From Saprolegnia diclina VS20 (lineage: Eukaryota), in NCBI RefSeq assembly GCF_000281045.1, contig NW_008246116.1:186037-225434 (forward strand): 39,398 bases of DNA. Reading direction: 5' to 3'. Position 1 is the stretch's first letter. Every line of letters begins with the position of its first letter. The translations under genes and the position numbers were made by a program. The notes under the pieces were generated by a model. That model was not told where the DNA came from, searched no databases, and was given only the letters and a program-made list of their open reading frames with translations. Shown here in pieces: positions 31,129 to 39,398 of this stretch.

Positions 31129-34100
31129 ATGCTGCAGCGCCTCCTTGTCGTTGGCCTCGTCGGCGCCGCCGCCGCCTTGGTCGAGGACCCAACCAGCATG
31201 TGCGCGCGCGTGCCCACGAACCGCATCGACTGCTACCCGCCGACGGCCGCCTTTCCCAACGCGACCGCCGAGTCGTGCCTGGCCCAAGGCTGCTGCTGGG
31301 ACCCGAAGGACGATGTGCCGTGCGCATTTGGCGGTCTCGCGACGCCGGCACCGTCGGCCTGCAGCGCGGTCGTCAAGTCGTCGCGCATGGCGTGCCGCAA
31401 CCCGCGCTACTTTCCCTCGGCCAACTCGTCGGACGTGTGCGCGGCCATGGGCTGCTGCTTTGACGCGTCGTCGGCCGAGTGCTTCCAGCCGGCTTTTGAG
31501 GGCTACCGCCTCAACGAGTCGTCGTGGCGCGAGACGGCCAAGGGCTTCACGGCCACGCTCGTCTTGCCCAAGGGTGCGCGCGGTCCGTTTGGCAACGACA
31601 TTCGCACCTTGGCGCTCAACGTCAACACGGAGCACAAGAACTATGTGCGCGTGCGCATCACGGACCCGAAGTTTGCGCGCTACGAAGTCCCGATCAAGCT
31701 CCACGGCCTCAAGCCGTCGGGCCATACGTTCAACCGCACGTACGACGTGAGCGTCACCAACGCGCCGTTTGGTATCGCGGTCACGCGCCGTGCGACGGGC
31801 GAAGTCCTCTTCAACTCGACGCCCAACGGCGCCTTCAACGGCCTCATTTTCGAGAACCAGTTCATTGAGCTCTCGACGTCGACGCCGTCGCGCGCCAACT
31901 TTTTCGGTATGGGCGAGCACGTTGGGTCACTCCTTGCGCCGACCGACGGCGACCACTACACGATCTTTGCCCGCGACCAGGTCGCCAACATGTACCACGC
32001 GCACACTAAGGTGGGCAGCGACAACGTCTACGGCGTGCACCCGTTTTACATTCGCCGCGAAGCCTCGGGCAACACGCACGGCGTCTTCCTCGTCAACTCG
32101 AACGCGATGGAGGTCGTTGCGCAAAACCATTCGCTCACCTTTCGCACGGTCGGTGGCGTCTTGGACCTGTTCGTGTTCCTCGGGCCCGCGCCGTCGCACG
32201 TTGTGCAGCAGTACACGAAGCTCGTCGGTCGCCCGGCGCTGCCGCCGTACTGGTCGCTCGGCTACCACCTCTGCCGCTGGCACAATCACGAACTCTCGGA
32301 CGTCACGTCCGTCGTATCCCGCATGCGCGCTGCCGGCGTGCCCCAGGACGGTCAGTGGACCGACATTGACGTCATGGACAAGTGGCTCGACTTTACGTGG
32401 GACCCGGTGCACTTTCCGCAAGCCAACTTTTCCGCGTTCATCGACGACCTCCACGCCCACGGCCAGCACTACGTGCCGATCGTGGACGCTGGCATTAGCA
32501 ACCAGTACGACGACTATGTGAGCTACGACGAGGGCTTGGCGATGGACGTGTACATGAAGGACCCGGCCAACGTGGGCATTGAAGAGAACAAGGTGTGGCC
32601 CGGCATGGTCGCGTTCCCCGACTTTTTCCACCCGAACGCGTCGGCGTACTGGCACAAGCAGCTCGAGCGCTACTACGCGACTGCGCAGTACGACGGCATC
32701 TGGCTCGACATGAACGAACCGAGCAGCTTTTGCGTCGAGGGCGGCCGCGAGTCGCGCACGTGCATGTTCAACGACAGCTTCATTCCGGCCACGTTTGTCA
32801 AGTCGGCCGACGTCCAGGCGCCGTTCGACCCGTACCGCCAGTCGTACGTGCCGGGCCAAAAGGTGCTTGGGAACCTCGCGACGCAGACGGCCGCGCTGGG
32901 CTCGCACCACTACAACTCGATCCACTACAACGTCCACTCGCTGTATGGCCACTCGGAGATCATGGCCACGCGCTCGGCGATCGACCAGATCCGCGGCAAG
33001 CGCTCGTTCATCCTCGCGCGGTCGACCTTTGCCGGCGACGGCCAGTACACGGCGCACTGGCTTGGCGACAACGGCGCGACGTGGCCCGACATGAAGTACT
33101 CGATTGCCGGTGTCCTGGCCATGAACATGTTTGGCATGCCCATGGTCGGCCCGGACGTGTGCGGCTTTTCCTTTGACACGACCAAGGAGCTCTGCGTGCG
33201 CTGGCACCAGACCGCGGTCCTCTTCCCGTTCATGCGCAACCACAACGAAGCCACCATCGACCAAGCGCCGGTCGACTTTGACGACGAAGCGCTCACCATC
33301 ATCCGCGCCACGCTCTTCAAGCGCTACGCGCTCCTCCCGTATTTGTACACGCAGCTGTACCATGCGTCGGCGGACGGCGTGACGGCGGCGCGGTCGCTCT
33401 ACTTTGAGTTCCCGGACGACCTCGCGACGTTGGCCATTGACACGCAGTACTTGCTGGGCTCGGCGCTCATGGTCGCGCCCGTGCTGGAAGAGAAGGCGTC
33501 GCGTGTGACGGCCTACTTCCCCAAGGCCACCTGGTTTGACCTCTGGAACGGCGAGCACGTCGACACGAGCGCGTCGGCCAACTTGGTGTTGGACGCGCCC
33601 TTGGACACTGTGCCCATGTTTATCAAGGGCGGCTCGATCGTGACGCTCCAGGAGCCGAGCACGACGACGGCCGCCAGTCGCAAGAACCCGTTTGCGCTCA
33701 AGATTGCGTTTGGTGAACCGACCAACGGCAGCCACGTGGAAGCGAGTGGCGATCTCTATATGGACGCGGGCGACTCGCTCAACCCGCTCACGACCAAGGC
33801 GTTCTCGCTCATGACGTATGCGGCCAAGCACTTTCCCACTGGCCTCCTCGAGGTCACCGGCACGGTCGCGGCGAGTGGCTTTACCGGCCCCGAGACGGCG
33901 GTGCCGCTCGCGACGATTGAAGTCTACGGCGCCCGCGGCATTGCGGCCAACGCTGAGCTGACGGTCGAGTACACCAAGGGCTCGACCAAGCGCGTCACCA
34001 ACGCGACGTACAACGCGACGAGCAACGTGGTGACGATCGCGCACCTCAACCTCGAGGTCGGCGCGGCGTTTTCGCTGCAGATGTTTGCCAAGCCGGCGAC

Positions 34101-34281
34101 CATCGGCGGCGCGACGACCGCGCCCGTGATCGTGCAGGTCCAGGCGGGCAGCGCGGGCGCGGACGAGGTTGCCAGCGGCGTCTCGTGGTGGATCATTGGC
34201 GGCGCGATTGCTGTCGGCCTTCTCCTCGTCGCGGCGCTCGCGCAGTGCTACCGCCGCCAGGGCTACAACGCGGTCGCCTAA
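31129..34281 (+). CDS. GH31 alpha-glucosidase (lysosomal acid glucosidase/maltase-like) with two trefoil domains and a C-terminal TM anchor
   Basis: Signal peptide; two Cys-rich P-type units (RIDC...C...GCCWD; RMAC...C...GCCFD); catalytic WLDMNEP and HWLGDN; YGVHPFY; C-terminal hydrophobic helix followed by RRQGYNAVA. Confidence 0.95.
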   Translation: MLQRLLVVGLVGAAAALVEDPTSMCARVPTNRIDCYPPTAAFPNATAESCLAQGCCWDPKDDVPCAFGGLATPAPSACSAVVKSSRMACRNPRYFPSANSSDVCAAMGCCFDASSAECFQPAFEGYRLNESSWRETAKGFTATLVLPKGARGPFGNDIRTLALNVNTEHKNYVRVRITDPKFARYEVPIKLHGLKPSGHTFNRTYDVSVTNAPFGIAVTRRATGEVLFNSTPNGAFNGLIFENQFIELSTSTPSRANFFGMGEHVGSLLAPTDGDHYTIFARDQVANMYHAHTKVGSDNVYGVHPFYIRREASGNTHGVFLVNSNAMEVVAQNHSLTFRTVGGVLDLFVFLGPAPSHVVQQYTKLVGRPALPPYWSLGYHLCRWHNHELSDVTSVVSRMRAAGVPQDGQWTDIDVMDKWLDFTWDPVHFPQANFSAFIDDLHAHGQHYVPIVDAGISNQYDDYVSYDEGLAMDVYMKDPANVGIEENKVWPGMVAFPDFFHPNASAYWHKQLERYYATAQYDGIWLDMNEPSSFCVEGGRESRTCMFNDSFIPATFVKSADVQAPFDPYRQSYVPGQKVLGNLATQTAALGSHHYNSIHYNVHSLYGHSEIMATRSAIDQIRGKRSFILARSTFAGDGQYTAHWLGDNGATWPDMKYSIAGVLAMNMFGMPMVGPDVCGFSFDTTKELCVRWHQTAVLFPFMRNHNEATIDQAPVDFDDEALTIIRATLFKRYALLPYLYTQLYHASADGVTAARSLYFEFPDDLATLAIDTQYLLGSALMVAPVLEEKASRVTAYFPKATWFDLWNGEHVDTSASANLVLDAPLDTVPMFIKGGSIVTLQEPSTTTAASRKNPFALKIAFGEPTNGSHVEASGDLYMDAGDSLNPLTTKAFSLMTYAAKHFPTGLLEVTGTVAASGFTGPETAVPLATIEVYGARGIAANAELTVEYTKGSTKRVTNATYNATSNVVTIAHLNLEVGAAFSLQMFAKPATIGGATTAPVIVQVQAGSAGADEVASGVSWWIIGGAIAVGLLLVAALAQCYRRQGYNAVA

Positions 34282-34989
34282 GGTGCTAAAGTTGTTCAAC
34301 TAATTCAGCCACGTTTCTATTGTGAGTGTGTTGGCAACCTTGTCGAAGGACAGCTCGAGTCTGCCCTAGCAAGGCCCTGGACTGCACGGGTTCTTGACCC
34401 AGGAGTGCAGTGTAGGAAGCAGAGTTGTTGCTTGGGATCGCCTGTCGACGCTTCCAGCAGCCGGCTCTTCGCTCTCGCGCTGCCACGTCGAAAGATTTGA
34501 ATTTTGGCGGTTATATCCGGATGACCCACGCCGCCGTGGCTTATCCGGATTTCCACGGCCGTTTGAGTTGAGCCTCGCTGTAGTCGCGATGCATCATCTT
34601 GTCTGAGGTCGTAGAGACGTACGTGGTCGTTCCAAGGACGTCTGCCGCTGTATCGTGTGAGGAACCAGTTGAAGATAGGGAGTGCCTTTGTTTAACGTCC
34701 GTTTCCACAACGAAATTGCCCTGTGGGGGAAGAAAAACGCGTTAAACGTCCGGCCTCAAAGATTCGTCGCGCAATAATTTCGAAACTCGACGCACCACTT
34801 GTCGTTTAATGTCGAGAAGAAGCGTTTTACTTGGTGTTTGTATGTATTTAAAAGAGTGGCGGCATTACAATTCAAACTCAACACAAGGAGCACTGATTGG
34901 CCACGGCTTTTTCGTGGGTTCGGTTTGAGTTTTGAGAGTCAGTTTTCTTTTTCTCAAAACTTGTGGTGTTGAGTTGACTTGGGACCGGA

Positions 34990-35784
34990 ATGAGCACGAC
35001 CAGCCTCCTGCAAGCCCCGACGCAAGCGCTCGTGGACCTCTCGCTGCCAATGGGTACCAACAAGAACTCGCTCGACATTGCGTCCGGCGGCGCCGTCCTC
35101 CGCAAGTCCTTCAACGCCTGGGACGACGTGCTCCTTTGCCGCGCGGTCAACGCCCGCAAGCCATGGACGGCCCCGAGCGGCGAGATCATGCTCTACTGGG
35201 CCGAGATCGCCGACACGCTCATGCGCACGCGCGGCTTTGGCGTCAAGAAGGACGGCCCGGCCTGCAAGACGCGGTTTGAGAAGATCTTGCGCATGACGAT
35301 CGGCGGCGAAAAGGAGATGCTGCGCAAGACGGGCACGGACGACGAGTACGACGAGCGCGAGCGTCTTTTGCGCAACATGTACGAGCAGATCGACCAGTAC
35401 CGCGACGGCCGCGACGGCGACGTCTCGCACAAGGTGCTCGGAGACCTGCACGAAGACGCCGAGTCGCTCGAGAACAAGCGCAAGCGCAAAGGAAAGGCGC
35501 TGGCCCGCATCATCTCGAAGCGCGAGCGGCTCATGGACTCGATCACGGGCAGCGCAATTGCATCGACGCCGCCGACGCGCGACGAGTTCAAGTCCATCTT
35601 TGAGTACCTCCAGCGGCGCATGGAGATTGACGACGCACGCGAAGAGCGCCGCATGCTCGCCGAGAAGGAGATGGAGGAGCGACGAACGGCGGCCGAAGAG
35701 CGCCGCATGGCGTCCGAGCTCGAGCGCGACCGCCAACAGCAAGAGTTCATGGTCAAGGTGCTCAACATCATGCAGAGCAAGTGA
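34990..35784 (+). CDS. Myb/SANT-like DNA-binding protein with charged coiled-coil C-terminus
   Basis: RKSFNAWDDVLLCRAV...PW.A..GEIM..WAEIA..L...GFG..KDG.ACKTRF pattern and an E/R-rich tail; strong coding bias. Confidence 0.75.
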   Translation: MSTTSLLQAPTQALVDLSLPMGTNKNSLDIASGGAVLRKSFNAWDDVLLCRAVNARKPWTAPSGEIMLYWAEIADTLMRTRGFGVKKDGPACKTRFEKILRMTIGGEKEMLRKTGTDDEYDERERLLRNMYEQIDQYRDGRDGDVSHKVLGDLHEDAESLENKRKRKGKALARIISKRERLMDSITGSAIASTPPTRDEFKSIFEYLQRRMEIDDAREERRMLAEKEMEERRTAAEERRMASELERDRQQQEFMVKVLNIMQSK

Positions 35785-36871
35785 GATGTTGCAGTGAGCC
35801 GATCCAATAGCAGTAATAGATGGTCGTCGTGTGTGTTGAGTCGAAAGGAATTGCAAGTCGAGTGCATATACACGTATGGCCTCTACCTCGACCATTGCCA
35901 GCCACGGCCAAGGCAGCGCCAAGGGCGAGAGGCCATCGAGGACCGGCGAGGCCGCGACCGAATGTTGGCGTTGGGACAGTGTCGACGAGCTAGTTTATTT
36001 TAGCCAATCCGATTCGCGAACGGCGAGTTAACCACAAATATTCCATGTATTTTAGCCAATCCGATGGCAGGTGGACTGGCACCAGTCTTTTCAGGTGCCA
36101 GTTTGCATTTGACGTTGGAGTCCACAGTAGTCTAGCGAGTAGTACCGTCGAGGTAGAAGAGACGATCGATCGATCGATATTGCGCCACACAGAAGCGTGT
36201 TTCCCGCCTTATCCATGGGGAAATGGCTTTTTCGGCCGCTACAGACACACCCTTGCCTGCTTTCATCTGCGCTGCAATCTCACAGCGCTAGTGCAACAAT
36301 TGCGAGGGGACATTTCAAACGACATGACAATTTCGAGTAGTCCATCGAAGCATAGAATACTACTTAGCCTCGCAATTATTACCCGTCAAGTGCTGTGTAA
36401 GCACTGGGGTGCAGCCGAATGCTCTGCCGTGCCGCCGATTCCTCGCAGAACAACGACAATGCGAGCACCACATACTAGCACCACCTGGAACCACGAACAC
36501 AAAACTATAAAGGGCAGGGTCGCTTGTCCTGTCGCCATGGCAAACCATCGCAATGAGAGGAGCGCCAGTCGAACGCATCTCAGCAGACAATGATGGACGC
36601 AGAAACGCACAGAACGCCCAGCATATTGAGGAGAAGAACAGAGTAGACAGAATTGCTTCATCCATGAGTATACCTCTACGAGCAATTGAGTGCGTTTGTG
36701 CATGGAGCTTGGCATGCTGCAACGGCCGCTGGCGGACGTACAGGGCGCGTGTGTCAATACACGCACCCATTGTGGTGCGTCAAACAGGCAAATATACAAA
36801 TATAGGTGCTCTTTTTGGAAACGGCTTGGGATCCGCACCAGTCCTTTTTTGTTTGGACGGTCGTAGCAAGC

Positions 36872-37307
36872 ATGTCGACCGCGGGGATGCGCTTCTGCAA
36901 GGAATGGTACGATGGTCTGCGGATGCGGCGGAGGGCTCATGGGCGACGTGTGTAGCAACAACATGTTGTACCCTAGCCAAGACCGCGAGCTCAAGCGGCT
37001 CACGTTCACGTGCCGCAACTGCGGGCACAACGAAGAGGTGCCCGAGTCGTGCATCTACGCCAACGAGCTCGTCAAGGACTCGCGCGTCCAGCTCGATGTG
37101 CTGCCGGAAGACATCATTGACGATCCGACCCTCCAGCGCGACTACGACGTTGCGTGCCCCGAGTGCGGCGGCCAAGGCGCGGCGTTTATCCGATCGCATG
37201 ACGGCGTGAAGCAGTCGACGCTGGCGCTCATTTGGATTTGCCTCAACCGCGACTGCCAGCTCGACGAGCATGGCAACCGACTGCCCACGCACCGATGGAT
37301 GGATTAG
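36872..37307 (+). CDS. RPB9: RNA polymerase II subunit RPB9; exons 36872-36906, 36956-37307
   Basis: MRFCKECNNMLYP...CRNC first zinc ribbon after removing intron 36907-36955; DPTL and CPECG...C...C second ribbon. Confidence 0.92.
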
Positions 37308-37444
37308 TACGTATCGTCTTGCAACACGAGTTTGTCCTTTCCTCCCCCTGTCCTTGTTCATACCGCGATGGTGTGAATACCACACGAAGACGACTACAAT
37401 AAACTGTGAATGGTAGCAACGACTCCATGCACACTCTATTTGCA

Positions 37445-38639
37445 TTACACGGTTGGGAGCAAATGCAGGCCCATGGCGCGTCTCTCGTGATCGAGCGTAA
37501 GAGCAGCTCCATAGTCGAGAAATTGCTGGAAGGCGGCCCACTTGGCCGCTTCCGGGATCGCGTCCGCGTGCGGGCCAAAGCTCAAGAGTGCATCGCGCCA
37601 CGTCTTGCGCGACTGCGCCTTGACGTACGGGCCGTTATAGCCAAGGACACGGAGGCGTGTTTTGTCAAGGCCGACGCGGTCCAGCGTAAACCTAGTACAA
37701 GTGCGCATCTCTCTAGTACGTCATCCAAGGATGAGTACCACAAGAGGCGCGGACGCCACGCGGTTGGATCGTCGTCCGTTTGGCAGACGTTGCCACCAAC
37801 AAAGACGATGCGGTCGGGGGTAACAAACTCGCGCATGACAAAGTAGCTGACTTCTTCCGGGGCGTCGACGCGCTGGAAGTGCATGTTGGGGTCGATGCTT
37901 GCAACCAACTAAGAGACGCGTTCCATCGACTCTTCAAGTACGAGTAACAGCGTACCGCTGGGTCAAGAACCGTGACGGGGATATGGCTCCACGGCGCCTT
38001 CCACGAGGCCCAGATATTTGGGCGAACGCACGCATGCGTTTCGTCCAGCGGCAGCGCAATGTCGATCTGCAGGCGCACGGCGATATCGAGCAAGTCGTTG
38101 CCGTGATCAATCTCGACGTGGTCCATCACGGGCAAGGACGACGATGGAAAGAACGTCCGCGCTAGCATCCGGTCCGTATTGTGAAAGAGGCGCTGGGTGA
38201 ACCAGTCCAAGCCCGTGCGCCGCGCGGTCGGATCGATCGGTAGCCAGACTTGCTGCCATGTGAACGGCTCGCTTGCTTCCTACGATCCAAATTGTACCAA
38301 AAGTGCAAACTGGGAAAGGACATACGGGCATGTTGTTTTGGCGATCGGCCGAGCTACCCAGGAGGCCAAGCCGTGCACCAGCAGAACGAGTCGGTCGACT
38401 TGTTGTCGGAGCCTCATGTTGATGCTCGTCGCGTCGTCGACAGTGTCGGCTAGAGCCGACGCTACTTGCTGCCACAGCAAGGCCGTGCCAGCATGGAGCT
38501 TGTAGTTTGCAAGAAAATGCTCCAAGATGTAGAGCTGGTTCTCAAGGTCTTTTTGCTCGTCGAGATCTCGGGCGCGGCGCCGCTGCTGCTTGAGGCGACG
38601 CCGCGTTCTGAGGTGCTCGACCTTGTCGGCCGTCGTCAT
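37445..38639 (-). CDS. Multi-exon oomycete protein with basic N-terminal helix and START-like C-terminal region (M96-family-like)
   Basis: Basic RRRLKQQRRR then LLWQQVASAL, WLPIDPTARRTGLDWFTQRLFHNTD, YFVMREF..PDRIVFVG and RPRLLW. Track ORFs 38280-38645, 37713-38210, 37582-37908 and 37445-37708 are joined by short introns. The family name is from recall. Confidence 0.68.
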
Positions 38640-38844
38640 TAGCACACTGCTGAGTCACGTGTGTTCATCGGGCGATGAAATGCTTGAAGCTGTTGAAAGA
38701 GCAAACATTCTGTGGGTTCCTGGCCTGTCCTGTCAGCTTGTCCTGTCCTGAGGACATTTTGGGTGACACAGCTGTCGTTGTGCATTTGCAAGCCAAGGTA
38801 AATCGAACGTTTACTCGAATGTAAATATGTACAAATGTAATAGC

Positions 38845-39351
38845 TATGGGCCGTCGCTGGGTTTGTTACCATCGAGATTATCGAGTGTCTTGCTGCATTC
38901 TGCAGTGCAAGGCCCTTGACTCGGCCTGGCCAAAGGTGTGGGGGCGGTGATAGGGAGGCCTACGCCTTGCCATGGAAACGCTTCCTAGCCAAATTAACAT
39001 TGGGTAAAGTGCACTATGAGAAAGTTCAACGCTTACTGGGGCACTAATGCCGTGGTCGATCGCTGCCGTCCTGGACGCCAACGAGTGCGCCAGCCGCGAG
39101 AGATGGTCGACTTGTTGTCGGAGCAGGATGTTGACCGTCGTCGCGTCGTCAACAGCGTCCTGAAGAGCAGACGCCACTTGCTGCCACGGCAAGATCGTGT
39201 CCGCATGCGCCTTGTGGTTTGCAATAAAATTTTGGAGCACGTAGAGCTGCTTCTCAAGGTCCTTTTGCTCATCAAGATCGCGAGCGCGGCGCCGCTGCTG
39301 CTTGAGCCGGCGACGTTCTCGAAGCTGCTCATCTCTGTCGGTGGTCTCCAT
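38845..39351 (-). pseudogene. Truncated tandem paralog of the 37445-38639 gene
   Basis: Exon 1 is highly similar (RRRLKQQRRRARDLDEQKDLE.QLY.L...WQQVASAL). Exon 2 starts EAFPWQGVGLPI, then loses similarity and reaches a stop near 38845. Confidence 0.62.
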
Positions 39352-39398
39352 TTGTCAATTGCTTTTCGGCACAAACTCGGCGACGAATTGCGTGTCCA

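Noticed and set aside
31927..34299. 790-aa minus-strand ORF (and similar long antisense ORFs at 603-1340, 5725-6444, 27281-28039, 34954-35922)
   Set aside because: These are in-register antisense shadows of GC3-rich real genes, with no recognisable motifs.
34380..34412. Small hairpin ACTGCAC...GTGCAGT downstream of the GH31 gene
   Set aside because: A short imperfect stem expected by chance, with no snRNA signature.

Overview
This is eukaryotic, GC-rich, gene-dense DNA with short (~40-55 nt) GT-AG introns, CCAAT boxes and Inr/FPR-like core promoters. Gene content and style point to an oomycete of the Saprolegniaceae (inference). About 18 genes are readable: a large lineage-type multi-TM protein running off the left edge, a GT60 GlcNAc-transferase, an NADPH-dependent FMN reductase, a tandem Myb/SANT-like protein, a multi-PDZ protein, a Ulp1-fold protein with Ser at the catalytic Cys position, an alpha/beta hydrolase ending in SKL, a CAMK-type kinase, a Crypton-C-terminal-like protein, a transmembrane TKL pseudokinase, Vps33, a GH31 alpha-glucosidase, RPB9 and others. 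The most interesting signal is nearly invisible in the ORF track because the exons are short. It is a birth-and-death family of ankyrin-repeat genes: two reconstructable intact genes at 14370-15915 and 22620-24612, plus four relics or fragments. They are built largely one 99-nt phase-0 exon per repeat and end in a conserved RHIM-like motif, IGVQI(N/S)G. This is a candidate amyloid-signalling receptor family. The region also has a MITE-like inverted-repeat element, a recurring TATCCGGATGA motif in intergenic DNA, local segmental duplications and three assembly gaps.
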